From contig JANLWX010000068.1 in the NCBI GenBank assembly GCA_031364845.1, forward strand, positions 1-26,794: 26,794 bases of DNA, written 5' to 3'. The position numbers and the translations under genes are program-made. Within the stretch, counting starts at the first letter, position 1; the number at the start of each line of letters is the position of its first letter. The notes under the pieces are model-generated. The model had not been told where the DNA came from, made no database searches, and saw only the letters and a program-made list of their open reading frames with translations. Source of the stretch: Candidatus Eiseniibacteriota bacterium (lineage in GTDB: Bacteria > Eisenbacteria > RBG-16-71-46). Shown here one piece after another: positions 8,426 to 18,093 of the stretch.

Positions 8426-10237
8426 TCAACGGAGGCGAACAACCCGCTCCACCTGATGACCGCCCGGAAAGCGATAGTCAACGAAGTAGATACCGGGCGA
8501 TGATGGCTCGATCCACGCCACCGTGTGTGTTCCCGCCAAAAGGGCACCATGAACAAGCGACTTCACTTGGCGGCCCTGAAGGTCGACCACATTCAATTCG
8601 ACCGTAGCCTCATGTGGAAGGGTGAAGCTAACGCTCAGCGGGCCGAATCCTGGGTTGGGCGTGACGCGGGTCAACTCGAATCGATGCGACACACTACCTG
8701 ATACCGAGACGGGCTCGCTGATCACGACCGCTTCGCGTCCATCACGCCCGACGAGATGGTACCAATAGCCCCGATCGGCCGAGGCGCTCCGGTCAAGAGC
8801 CACTCGGATTCCACCCTCCGTTGAGTGTTCGGTCGCGATCATCACCCATGGTCCCGCGACGACATCGGCTCGCTCGACCCAGACCTCAGCCAAGCGTGTT
8901 GTATCGACAACCCAGCGGACACGCACGCCGGCGGGATCGCGCTGGGCGGTGAACAGCGTTATGAGGGTCGGCGTGGACGCGCAGCCTAGACCTCGCGCGC
9001 CGATCAATCCGCAGCCCGGTGCGTCGAGCAATGGGGAATTCGCGGTGAGGCTGACGCTGTCGTGATCCACATCGCAGAACAGCGGGTCGACTGACATGTC
9101 CTGCGGTGAAGGGGACATGCCGGCTACGGCGCCCGAATCGTTGGCGAACCAGTCGTTACAGGAAAGGTTCGGAAGTGCCGAACCCGATACGACCCTGAGC
9201 CCGTATTGATGATTGCCGTACGCGATGTTTCGCTCGAGGCGAGTGAGGCCACGGCTATCGGCCTCGAAGCCAGACTCCCCATTGCCGAACGACGTGTTGT
9301 TCTGGACGGTGACTTCGCTACCACCCGTCAACACGACGCCGCTACCACCTGAACGTCCGACGACGTTGCCCTCGACCGTTCCATCGCCAACCCGAATCGC
9401 ATCGAAGGTGGAGCCGAGAATCACGTTGTTCTTCACCAGGACGGCCCCATCCCATACCTCTATCCCTATACCGCAGGCGAGGAGTTGGTTGTCAGCGAAT
9501 TCAGCCGACCCCGCGGACGGCGAATGAGCGAACAACCCCACTCCCGAGCAGCCCTCGATGAGGTTGTTTCGCACCGTCAACTGGCCATCCTCGATCGCGG
9601 CGGAAAACCCATTGTCGAAGCCACGAATGACGTTTCCCTCGATGTGGCAGCCGTTGGATGTCCCGAGCGTGATCGCAACGCTCCCCGGACCGGTCATCGT
9701 GCTGTGCCTCATCGTGAGACCCGCATCGGCCGGGTAGTTGACGTTGATTCCGCCAAAGACTCGGCAGGAGTCGACTGAAACATAGTGGATCAGGCTGAGG
9801 GCCGGCTGCCCTCTCAAAGTGCAATCAATGAAGTGGAGGTTCCCGGGGCTGTTTCCTGCCCCTTGGGAGGCGACTCCGGAATCGATCTCGCATCCACGGA
9901 ACACCGTGTTCCCATAGTGTTCGATCGGGCCGAGCACGTGCAGACCGCGGAAGTTGAACTCGCCATCAAGGATGAGCATGCCGGGCAGGGTCGGAAGAAC
10001 GCCGAAAGGGCCCGGTACGCCAATGACCGTGAGAGCGCAGTCATCAATGTTGAGCGGAGACGGTTCCAAGTGGGCGCTCATCAGGACGGTGTCGATGAGC
10101 GCATGGGCGTGAATCGCCTCCACCACCGCCCGAACGGTCGGGAAGTCCCCAGGAACCGTGACCGTCATGGCATGACCCGGCGCGACCATGAACAACAACA
10201 CGAGAGTCGAAAAAGGAATCAGGATAGAGCGGCGCAT
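8426..10237 (-). CDS. Secreted right-handed parallel beta-helix (NosD/pectin-lyase-like) protein with a C-terminal CTD-like domain
   Basis: Signal peptide, VPGDFPTV start motif, GNxIxG/NNxIxG repeats, SCNDWFAN...DPLFC...SPLLDAPGCGLIGA, and C-terminal PNP...VVDLQGRQV...PGIYFV. RBS AGAGGAG precedes ATG 10237. Confidence 0.88.
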   Translation of the reverse strand: MRRSILIPFSTLVLLFMVAPGHAMTVTVPGDFPTVRAVVEAIHAHALIDTVLMSAHLEPSPLNIDDCALTVIGVPGPFGVLPTLPGMLILDGEFNFRGLHVLGPIEHYGNTVFRGCEIDSGVASQGAGNSPGNLHFIDCTLRGQPALSLIHYVSVDSCRVFGGINVNYPADAGLTMRHSTMTGPGSVAITLGTSNGCHIEGNVIRGFDNGFSAAIEDGQLTVRNNLIEGCSGVGLFAHSPSAGSAEFADNQLLACGIGIEVWDGAVLVKNNVILGSTFDAIRVGDGTVEGNVVGRSGGSGVVLTGGSEVTVQNNTSFGNGESGFEADSRGLTRLERNIAYGNHQYGLRVVSGSALPNLSCNDWFANDSGAVAGMSPSPQDMSVDPLFCDVDHDSVSLTANSPLLDAPGCGLIGARGLGCASTPTLITLFTAQRDPAGVRVRWVVDTTRLAEVWVERADVVAGPWVMIATEHSTEGGIRVALDRSASADRGYWYHLVGRDGREAVVISEPVSVSGSVSHRFELTRVTPNPGFGPLSVSFTLPHEATVELNVVDLQGRQVKSLVHGALLAGTHTVAWIEPSSPGIYFVDYRFPGGHQVERVVRLR

Positions 10238-10247
10238 GAGATCTCCT

Positions 10248-10508
10248 CTAGGAGCAATTTCCCAATAGCACTGCAACCGCGTGGGAGTCACCGCTGTGCG
10301 TCACCGCGAGATCCGGCCGACCATCCTCGTTCAGATCCGCGATGGCCACCGACGTCGGAGACTGGCCTGACTCGAACAGGTAGTACGGTGCTTTGAAGAG
10401 GGGGCTCTCGTGAAGGATCGCGCTCGATGCCAGCATCCCTGCGACAACCAAGCACACCGCGAAGACAAAGTGGCTCGAAGTACACGTGAGCATTCGGGGA
10501 CGCGGCAT
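10248..10508 (-). pseudogene. N-terminal remnant of a secreted FG-GAP/VCBS repeat protein
   Basis: GGAGG RBS, signal peptide, then one FG-GAP repeat (GQSPTSVAIADLNEDGRPDLAVT...VAVLLGN). It stops at CS* where G-D-G would normally continue, 10 bp before the next start codon. Confidence 0.75.
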
Positions 10509-10556
10509 CGGCCTGACCTCCGTTGAGACGGACTCTTGAAGCGCTCTCTGCCCGCT

Positions 10557-10565
10557 ACCATATCA
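10557..10565 (-). promoter_or_regulatory. Putative extended -10 promoter (TGATATGGT) overlapping the upstream stop codon
   Basis: TGnTAnnnT about 50 bp upstream of ATG 10508, in the same CCGGTGATATG context as at 7210-7220. Confidence 0.35.
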
Positions 10566-12296
10566 CCGGAGAACTGCGATGCGGCTCGATGCAGTCTGCC
10601 CCGCTTGAGCGATTTGGATCATGTAGACGCCCACGGGAAGCCGCTCGAGTTTGACCGACCCGCGGCCCGAACTAGTGGGCGCTATCTCCCGCGTCGAGAT
10701 CCTGCGACCGCTCACGTCGAACACGACGAGCTGAGCGGAACCATTCGGAGGCATGGACCACATGACCTCTGGTCGACCGACCACAGGATTTACTGCTCGA
10801 ATCTGGAGCGAGGCGCTGGGGCCAGCCTCAACTGCGGTGGTTGGCGGCGCTAGTAGTCCGTTCTCCTGAATACGTTGAGCATAGATGTCGGTCGCCGAGC
10901 CCCCACGATAATCGGTCCACGTCATGATCGATCCGCCGGCGCCATCGGTCGCTGCTGCGAACAGGAAGGTCTGTGCGCCCTGGGCTGGAAGTTCCTGATG
11001 GCCGGGCGCGCTTGAGACCGAGGCCCCGTTGATCGGCCAGCGCCCGTCGATTTGCCCGTTCGACCAAACATGCTGGGCGTAAATGTCATCGTTGTCGTTC
11101 CGAAAGTCGTCCCACGCGAGCACTGCACCACCCGAGCCATCGGAGACCATGGCAACGCGCCACTGCGGCTTGTCGGCCGTACAGATGCCGAGCCCATTGA
11201 CCGGCCACTGAGGATCCAGTGCACCGTTGGCGAGCACGTGCGTCGCGAAGACGTCGGCCATCCATTGAGCATCAATGCCACTGGTTCGCCGATCGTCCCA
11301 CGCCACGATCGCGCCACCATTGCCGTCCGAAACGAGCGACGGATACCACTGAGTACCAACTGCAGAGCAGAGCGTCCGCCCGTTCACGGGCCATATCGGA
11401 TCGACGGAGCCGTTCGGAAGCACGTGGTGCGCTTGAACGTCCTTGTAACCATCGCTTCCCCCGTCATGCCAGGTGACGATCATGCCGCCAGCACCGTCCG
11501 ACACCGGCATTGGACTCCCCGCGCTGGGTCTCGTGCAGACCGTGCCTCCCCCGGCGAACGAGCCGTTGGCGCGCACGCGAAGCGCCGTGACGCGGCGTGA
11601 CTGCACCCAAGTTAGGAAACAACCGTGAGCACCGTCGGAAACCAACGTCGCCTCTGGCGAATAACTTGAACCCGAAGCTGCGATGATTCCCTGAGCGGGC
11701 CAGAAGGGATCGAGTGCGCCATCAGACAGCATGTGCTGGAGGTAGACGCTGAACGTTCCCAAGCTGTACTGGCTCCAGGTCGCCAGGATGCCCCCGGATC
11801 CATCCGAGATGACGGCCAGCCCAAGGGTGTTGGATGAAGTCACGGCCGCACCGTTCGCTGGCCATTGCGGATCTATTGTGCCGTTGGCGAACACATGCTG
11901 CGCGTAAATCTTGTTAGCGCCAAATCCATAGCGCACCCACACCATCAACACGCCGCCCGCCCCGTCGGAGACCAGTTGGGCGCCGCCTTGCGGGCCCAGA
12001 CCTTCGGAGATCATCAGTCCATTCGACGGCCACAGCGGATCGACCTCGCCACCGGAGAGAACGTGTTGCAGGTAGACGTCCGGGATCGGGTTCTCTGGAT
12101 CATCGGGCAGGTCGTTACGACGATCGTCCCATGCGATGAACACACCGCCTGACCCGTCGGCGACGATCACCGAGTTGCCTTGATCCTGAGAAGCCGTACT
12201 CACTGGAAGATTGGCCGTGGGGTCGGATGGCCATGATGCGAGAGCCGGCTGAGCTAGCGTAATTAGTGAGGCAACGCCGATGATCGCAGTTCGCAT
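10563..12296 (-). CDS. Secreted repeat protein (8 x SDGxGG..W.D.R..DIYAQ repeats, probable beta-propeller) with a C-terminal CTD-like domain
   Basis: Signal peptide ending PALA; eight (A/S/T)DG(A/S/N)(G/H)G repeats and six DPxWPxNG-like motifs; C-terminal NP...VFDVSGRRI...LPVGVYMI...IAVLR. Confidence 0.88.
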   Translation of the reverse strand: MRTAIIGVASLITLAQPALASWPSDPTANLPVSTASQDQGNSVIVADGSGGVFIAWDDRRNDLPDDPENPIPDVYLQHVLSGGEVDPLWPSNGLMISEGLGPQGGAQLVSDGAGGVLMVWVRYGFGANKIYAQHVFANGTIDPQWPANGAAVTSSNTLGLAVISDGSGGILATWSQYSLGTFSVYLQHMLSDGALDPFWPAQGIIAASGSSYSPEATLVSDGAHGCFLTWVQSRRVTALRVRANGSFAGGGTVCTRPSAGSPMPVSDGAGGMIVTWHDGGSDGYKDVQAHHVLPNGSVDPIWPVNGRTLCSAVGTQWYPSLVSDGNGGAIVAWDDRRTSGIDAQWMADVFATHVLANGALDPQWPVNGLGICTADKPQWRVAMVSDGSGGAVLAWDDFRNDNDDIYAQHVWSNGQIDGRWPINGASVSSAPGHQELPAQGAQTFLFAAATDGAGGSIMTWTDYRGGSATDIYAQRIQENGLLAPPTTAVEAGPSASLQIRAVNPVVGRPEVMWSMPPNGSAQLVVFDVSGRRISTREIAPTSSGRGSVKLERLPVGVYMIQIAQAGQTASSRIAVLR

Positions 12297-12709
12297 TGGG
12301 GCCTCTGGGGGCTTGACTGGGCGGCACGTCCCGACAACGCGTGCACATGAATCCTAGCACGATGAGTGCCCGCGAATTTACCTCACGTAAGGCCGGCGCG
12401 GACTGCGGGATACGGTGATTGGCAAGGACTGCGATTGGTGAACCTCGAGGAACCGTAAGTTCACCCGACAGGTCTTGGAGGAAAAGCCCCAGACTCAGAG
12501 CGATCCAGCACGGGCCGCATTCTTGTGCTCGTCTTCGATGATCTTGTGAACTTGTTGCGGGCGCGGGTTTCCACCTCCACAGATCGGAGCGCGGCACTCG
12601 CTACTCGTCTTCCCATCGGTTCTTCGGAAACAGTGACATCGCGTATTCGCAGAATGAGGTAACTGGACTTTCGCGAGGTACCCACGGCCTGTCTGATGTT
12701 GTCGGCCAT

Positions 12710-13306
12710 TCAAAACGTGAGCCCGATCACTATAGGCAGGATGTTCGTAACCTCATCTGAGGTGAGCACATTCAGCCAGTGCATCCCGACCGAAGGCCGC
12801 ACACGACTGGTCGAGGAGCCCATCCTGACTCCGGCCCCGATAGCGAACGCCGGCGCTGTGAAGCGCGCTCCAGGGATCGTCCTGCCAGGTTCGAACTTGA
12901 AGTCGCCGACCATCACGTGCCCCACACCCGCCGAGCTCACGAGAAAGGGCGCAACACCGTCCTTCTTCGCCTCGAACCTGAGGCCGACCATCGCTGTCAG
13001 CGCAGTAGATGACTCCACTACGGGTATGGTGCCGGCCCACGCGTCCATCGAGGCGCCCTCGCCAAATCGGAAATATTCGAGGTCCAAACTCCCACACACC
13101 GAGGGCGACAGCCTTCTGGCAATTCCCCCCTGCATCGCGAATGACGTGCTCGGCAATCTTACGGACCCGTTGTAGTGCTGGGGCACGGGAGACAGACCCA
13201 GGCCACAGTTCAAATAGGCAAGAGTCGCACCGCTCGCATGGACACCGTCACAATGGGTGAGTGCACCGACGATCAGGACGCACAGAACCGCTCCTAGCCT
13301 ACGCAT
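12710..13306 (-). CDS. Small outer-membrane beta-barrel protein (OmpA-like transmembrane domain)
   Basis: Signal peptide, alternating amphipathic strands (APFLVSSAGVG, FAIGAGVR), terminal LPIVIGLTF with C-terminal Phe, and GGGGAG RBS. Confidence 0.75.
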   Translation of the reverse strand: MRRLGAVLCVLIVGALTHCDGVHASGATLAYLNCGLGLSPVPQHYNGSVRLPSTSFAMQGGIARRLSPSVCGSLDLEYFRFGEGASMDAWAGTIPVVESSTALTAMVGLRFEAKKDGVAPFLVSSAGVGHVMVGDFKFEPGRTIPGARFTAPAFAIGAGVRMGSSTSRVRPSVGMHWLNVLTSDEVTNILPIVIGLTF

Positions 13307-13337
13307 CACTTCTCCCCGTCATTCGCCTGGCAGGCAT

Positions 13338-14891
13338 CTACGTCCCGGCCAAACGCCACCCCATCTCAGGAGCCAGCGGATTGCCGAACGAGTGCTTCCA
13401 GTAATTGATCCGCCATGCCGCCGTCGAGTCGGCAACCGCCGCCTTGGTCAGGGCCTCAGCAACTTGGGCAAGTTCCCGGTCTGATAGGCGTCGCTCGGCG
13501 CTTCGCGTGGTGCCGCCAATTACTCCTTGAACGGTCAGGATGGCGACGACAGAATCGGCCGGCAGCGTTTTCGCAGGGAGGCTCGCAAGTGCGCCGACCC
13601 ACGCCGCCATCGCGACTCGGGGAAGTCCTACCGTGTACGGACTCGATTGCTGATCGCTCCAACCCCACTCGCCCAACGGATCGCACAACGGGATGAAAGG
13701 CCGGCCGCGGTCCTGAAGGCCGACGCCGAAAACAAACGATTGACTGCGTCCGCCATTTCTCTGAGGGCGCGCATACAGAATGCGGACTCTAATGCTGTCC
13801 CCGTCAGATCCACGTAGTCGCGCAAATTGCGACAAGCGTGCTCCGCACTCCGGCGGAGGCAGAGGCGACCATGGTCCTTTGCGTGATTCCGTTGCAATGA
13901 TCCCGCGCACCTGACGAGTCAGCTCGGGGTTCGCGACCAAGATTCCGGTGCCGGGGTCGGCCGGAACCATCGGAATGAAGCCGCCGTCATAAGGAAGCAG
14001 GGCCCGGCGTCGCAAGAAACACAGGTACGTCCCGACGGCGCCAGTCGGGTCCGATACCATCATCTCTTCTTCCGCAAGATTGAGAAGCCTTGCCACTGCA
14101 TTCTCAGGTCCCTCCAACTTCACCCTCAACCCATCGCCCCGCACGTAACCCTTGGAGATGGAAGCGTTGATCGTTTGAGCGATTGCTTCGTGTGGAGCCT
14201 CGTACAGGCGCTCTTCGACGGTGAGTTTCGTCTCACCACGGCGGACCTCGGCCACGAGGATGTCCGTGGAGGCTCGCACGAGGCGGCGCAGATCTGCAGA
14301 CTCGCGTAAGCGGGCGTCGCTGGCATCCTGCTCAGCCCCACGCTGTCGCTCGACAGAGGCCGCGTGCTCCTTGGTGGAGTCGGCCATTCGAGCCTGAGAG
14401 TACAGCTGGGAAGCAAGGGCTTCGTCGTAGGCCAGCCTCACTTGAGGCACGGTGTGCCACAAAGAGTCCTCGCCATGGGAGCCCGCCAGGATGAAGCGCT
14501 TTCCCACGCGAGGCCCCTTCACCCGTTGGGCGTAGTACCTCTCATGGGCTTCCCACTCGGCGGGCGTCATGTTTCCGCAGCCGGGCATACTCTCGTCCAT
14601 GATCCATAGGGTCTCGAGGCTCCCCGGACGCAATCGGCCACGCAATACACGTTCGACCTGAAGGATGACGTGAGGTGGCTTGGCGATCGTCGCTGCTGCG
14701 TCGCTCACCGAAAGCACCTGCGCAACGACGAGATCAAATTCCGCATCGGACACGTATCCACCGAGTCCGGGGCTGGTTCCCGCTGACGCATATATGGCCC
14801 TGCTGACTTCAGGATCGGGCGGGTCCGGCAGCGCGGGAAGGGACGCGCACAGGCCAAGGATCAATAAAGCGATTGTGGACTTCTTCGTCAT
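13338..14891 (-). CDS. Hypothetical secreted protein with two similar TIMP/OB-like modules
   Basis: Signal peptide MTKKSTIALLILGLCASLPA from ATG 14891. Two D-(L/I)-(V/L)-VAxV...VE(R/E) motifs, each followed by a VG..F/Y-hydrophobic strand. Confidence 0.7.
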   Translation of the reverse strand: MTKKSTIALLILGLCASLPALPDPPDPEVSRAIYASAGTSPGLGGYVSDAEFDLVVAQVLSVSDAAATIAKPPHVILQVERVLRGRLRPGSLETLWIMDESMPGCGNMTPAEWEAHERYYAQRVKGPRVGKRFILAGSHGEDSLWHTVPQVRLAYDEALASQLYSQARMADSTKEHAASVERQRGAEQDASDARLRESADLRRLVRASTDILVAEVRRGETKLTVEERLYEAPHEAIAQTINASISKGYVRGDGLRVKLEGPENAVARLLNLAEEEMMVSDPTGAVGTYLCFLRRRALLPYDGGFIPMVPADPGTGILVANPELTRQVRGIIATESRKGPWSPLPPPECGARLSQFARLRGSDGDSIRVRILYARPQRNGGRSQSFVFGVGLQDRGRPFIPLCDPLGEWGWSDQQSSPYTVGLPRVAMAAWVGALASLPAKTLPADSVVAILTVQGVIGGTTRSAERRLSDRELAQVAEALTKAAVADSTAAWRINYWKHSFGNPLAPEMGWRLAGT

Positions 14892-15188
14892 CGTCGTGAT
14901 CCCGTCCTCGACTGAGGGAGGCGCCTGTAAGCTCGCTTTAATGGACAGCCTACTCCTTTCGGGACACGAGCGCGCCTCCGAGCAAACGCTGGAAATGGAA
15001 CGGCCCGACCCCAGGCCGTGTGAAAGCGGGAAGCAGGGTTGACGAAGCGAAGCCCCGAAAGCAGGATCCTTGGACGCACGCATGCGCCACCACGTGGAGT
15101 GGCCCCGATTCCGTGGACGGTTGAGGACTGCGGGTGATCGACGGCCGCGCGAGACGCTGTTTCGCTCGTGCAGCCCCCGACCTCTGAC

Positions 15189-16100
15189 TCATGCGGACGC
15201 ATGATGATCGTTCTGCGGGCATCCTGGGAAGGCGTTTTCGAGCGACTCGCCCCCAAGGCCCGCTTCGTAGCGCTGCTCGAACTGAATCGGTGAGAGATAG
15301 TCGATCGACGAGTGGCGCCGTCGAGTGTTGTACCAGCCCTCGATGAAGTTGAATACGCGCGGTCCCGCCACCGCCTGCGACGGGAAGCGATGCTTCGCGA
15401 GCAACTCGCACTCAAGCGTCGCGAAGAACGACTCGCACATCGCGTTGTCGAAGCAGTCGCCGACCGATCCCATCGACGGCCTCACGCCGGCATCGCGGCA
15501 TCGGGAACCGAACGCAATCGACGTATATTGACAGCCCTGATCCGAGTGGTGGATTACGTCCTTGGGCCGCCGGCGCGCCAACGCCATCTCCAGCGCGTCG
15601 AGAATCAGCTCGGTCCGCAGGTGATTGGCCATCGCCCAGCCGACGATGCGTCGGCTGAACACGTCGAGTACCACCGACAGGAACAAGAACCCTGCCCACG
15701 TCGGGATGTAGGTGATGTCGGCGACCCACAGCTTGTTCGGCGCGTCGGCAACGAACTCGCGCTTCACGAGATCGGGCGCGGGCCGCGCGTCGCGGTCGCG
15801 AATCGTGGTCCAGCAACCCTTGCGACGGGTGACGCCGACCAGTCCGGCCTTACGCATCAACCGGGCAACACGATTGTGCCCGACCGCGAGACCCTCGGCG
15901 TGCAGGTCCTTCAGGATGCGGATGCTGCCGTAGTTCCCATCCGAGTTCAGATGATGGCTGCGAATGCGCTCGAGCAACCGCTCGTTCGCTCGTGCGCGTG
16001 TCGAGGGTTCGCGGAGCTTCCATGCGTAGTATCCGCTGGAGGAGACACCCAGCAGACGGGACATCATCGCGATGCGGTGCTCGGCCTGATGGGCGCTCAT
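15189..16100 (-). CDS. IS3-family transposase OrfB (rve/DDE integrase core)
   Basis: [63 protein letters not shown] overlap with the orfA stop. Confidence 0.95.
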   Translation of the reverse strand: MSAHQAEHRIAMMSRLLGVSSSGYYAWKLREPSTRARANERLLERIRSHHLNSDGNYGSIRILKDLHAEGLAVGHNRVARLMRKAGLVGVTRRKGCWTTIRDRDARPAPDLVKREFVADAPNKLWVADITYIPTWAGFLFLSVVLDVFSRRIVGWAMANHLRTELILDALEMALARRRPKDVIHHSDQGCQYTSIAFGSRCRDAGVRPSMGSVGDCFDNAMCESFFATLECELLAKHRFPSQAVAGPRVFNFIEGWYNTRRRHSSIDYLSPIQFEQRYEAGLGGESLENAFPGCPQNDHHASA

Positions 16101-16411
16101 GAACCCGAATGCTTCTTCGGGGTCGACTGCGTCTCCTGCGCGAACCAGGCCGCGGCTTTTTTCAAAATCTCCCGCTCTTCACGCAGCGTCCGGTTCTCGC
16201 GGCGGAGCTGGCGCAGCTCTTCGCGCTCTTCGCTCGTCAGTCCGTCCTTGCGACTGCCCTCGTCGAGATCGGCCTGGCGGACCCAGTTCCGAATCGACTG
16301 CGCGGTGCACTCGAACTACTTGCCCAGCTCCTCGGGCGTCTGCCCGGCACGGACCAACTCGATCAGGCGGCGGCGAAACTCAGGCGGGTATGGCGGCTTG
16401 CTCTTCGGCAT
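16097..16411 (-). pseudogene. IS3-family transposase OrfA (HTH) with an in-frame TAG at codon 32
   Basis: [51 protein letters not shown]...[14 protein letters not shown] at 16316-16318, native TGA at 16097-16099. Confidence 0.9.
16156..16162 (-). promoter_or_regulatory. A6G slippery site for OrfA-OrfB -1 frameshift
   Basis: AAAAAAG within TTG AAA AAA GCC. The -1 frame ([22 protein letters not shown]) runs into OrfB. Confidence 0.7.
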
Positions 16412-16465
16412 CGTGGTGACCTCCGACCCAAAGGGTCAGGTGTCCACGAAACCGGGTCAACTCCA

Positions 16466-17373
16466 TCATTCGGATTGAGCCGATCGCCTCGCTCGCAAAC
16501 CAATTTCCCGCGAAACTCAGGCCGTGGTCTCCGAGAGGGGCTTTCCTCGCACTCCAATCCCGGGACGGTATCGGGGTATTCGATGCCACACAGCTGCAGG
16601 AGCCCATCCACCAGGTTGTCGAAGGACAGGCCAACGTGCTGTGGTCACCCGACGCAACGTGGATTGCCTGCCTTGTCCGCTCGATGAATCCGAGGTCGGA
16701 TCGGCAGGTCCTTGTCGCCGCACCGTTGAATGGGGGGAAGCGCGACACGCTATTCGATGGGCCTCGCGCATGGCCCTGGGTCTGGGCGTGCGATGGCAAC
16801 ATCCATTACTGGGACGAGCTGGGAACGCGTCACGCCCTCCCTCCACCCAAGGCATGGAGCGCTCAGAAGCCTTCCCGTCTGGCACCCCGCTCCGAATTCG
16901 TCTGGGGGGATTCACGGACTCCTCGAGTGTTCAGGCCCTGCTCCGGGTCCGATGAAGTGCACAGGCTTCCCGCCATCGATTCACTGGCCGGGACAGGATA
17001 CGTTCTCGTCTATGACGAGTTCACCGACGGAAAGAGATTCCTCATCCATGGCCCGGGCGCTTATTCGCACCCCGGCGGAGGATTCATCGTCGATGATCAG
17101 GGCACCATCCTCGACTCTCTCGGATGGGAGGTATCATGGACATCCGTCTCATCGGACGGACAGTTCGTTGTGGGTCAGCTGACCGTCGACGACGGTCACG
17201 CGATTTTGAGTTCGAAGCTGTTCCTCGGTGATGTTCACGGGCGATGGCGACGCGAGATCCCAAGGACCGATGGCGCTCTCGATCCTCACCTCTCGCGTGA
17301 AGGCTTCTTCATTTCCTACCAACAACACAGACACTCTGAGGATCGGACGTCTGAGTCTGCATTGAATACCTGA
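16466..17373 (+). pseudogene. TolB-like (PD40) beta-propeller gene truncated at its 5' end by the IS3
   Basis: The frame of ORF 16636..17373 stays open back to the IS end (IRIEPIASLANQFPAKLRPWSPRGAFLALQS...). Repeats WSPRG, WSPDA, FTDGKR, SSDGQ and SREG. No start codon or signal peptide at the junction. Confidence 0.65.
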
Positions 17374-17397
17374 CCACGCGCCCACTACGGTCAGGTA
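17367..17397. terminator. Inverted repeat between convergent ORFs; possible bidirectional terminator
   Basis: TACCTGACC-13 nt-GGTCAGGTA, a perfect 9-bp stem with no U-tract. Confidence 0.4.
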
Positions 17398-17610
17398 GCG
17401 GAAAAGGCTCGGCTATCTTGAAACGACTGGGCTCGGTCATAGGCCCACTTCCGCCGGGCCACGTAGGCATTGGCGTCGGGGACGCCACCCACCAGGACAC
17501 CACCGATGACGTAGAGATCCCCGGCCCGCGTCAGCGATGGATCGCCGAAAATACCGTCCATCCGCGGCCAAGCCGCACTGGCAAACGAAAGCAGCCCCGG
17601 CTGGACGCTC
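17391..17610 (-). pseudogene. Possible C-terminal scrap of a beta-propeller protein
   Basis: GIFGDPSLTRAGDLYVIGGVLVGGVPDANAYVARRK resembles the last blade of PD40-type propellers (GEPSLTxDGxLYF...DIYVARR). No credible start or signal peptide. Confidence 0.3.
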
Positions 17611-17652
17611 CGGGGCCTGAATTCCGCGAACTTAACTCGCCCGTCTGCCGAG

Positions 17653-18093
17653 CTACCGCAACACCCCCCTACCTGCCATCGCCCGCGAGTACGCACTGAA
17701 GAACACCAGCAACGCCGCAATGACCGCGCTCGTGATCGCCATCTGCTGACCCATGATGTCGCCGGCCTTGGTGAGGACATACGTGTAGAGCAGGCTCACC
17801 AGAAACGCCGCCAGCGACACGACAAAGGTGGAGAACGCGAGTTTATTTCGGAGCAGCAGCAGGATCGAAGCGAGGAACGCCCCGAAGACGCCGATCGCCC
17901 ACACGGCGGTCATCCAAGCCGGCATCTCGCGATAGTGGGCGATCTGTTCCGGCGTCATTCCGGCGCTCGCCATGTAGCTTTCACCCTGCGACAGGCTCAT
18001 CACGAAATCGAATACGCCGATGCAGTTGAACAGCAGCGCGATTACGCCGACCAGCCAGAGATGCCAGGGCGTTTTCGTCTTCGCGTCGATCAT
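17653..18093 (-). CDS. Hypothetical 4-TM membrane protein
   Basis: Starts KTPWHLWLVGVIALLFN, has four hydrophobic segments and MPAWMTAVWAIGVFG. RBS GGAGG. Confidence 0.85.
   Translation of the reverse strand: MIDAKTKTPWHLWLVGVIALLFNCIGVFDFVMSLSQGESYMASAGMTPEQIAHYREMPAWMTAVWAIGVFGAFLASILLLLRNKLAFSTFVVSLAAFLVSLLYTYVLTKAGDIMGQQMAITSAVIAALLVFFSAYSRAMAGRGVLR

Larger units (their letters stand above)
15095..16465 (-). mobile_element. IS3-family insertion sequence (1371 bp)
   Basis: TG...CA termini. IRs TGGAGTGGCCCCGATTCCGTGGAC (15095-15118) and the reverse complement of 16442-16465, TGGAGTTGACCCGGTTTCGTGGAC, are 20/24 identical. Contains orfA and orfB. No target-site duplication. Confidence 0.93.

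Noticed and set aside
12297..12709. Intergenic region with small ORFs and a GGTGAAC...GTTCACC inverted repeat
   Set aside because: No recognisable family in any frame and only a single 7-bp stem. It may be another scrap but cannot be supported.
17309..17503. CTD-like reading RFKIAEPFPLPDRSGRVVRYSM on the minus strand
   Set aside because: Lacks NP, the D-x-x-GR motif and GxY. It overlaps a hairpin and the convergent gene, so it is likely chance.
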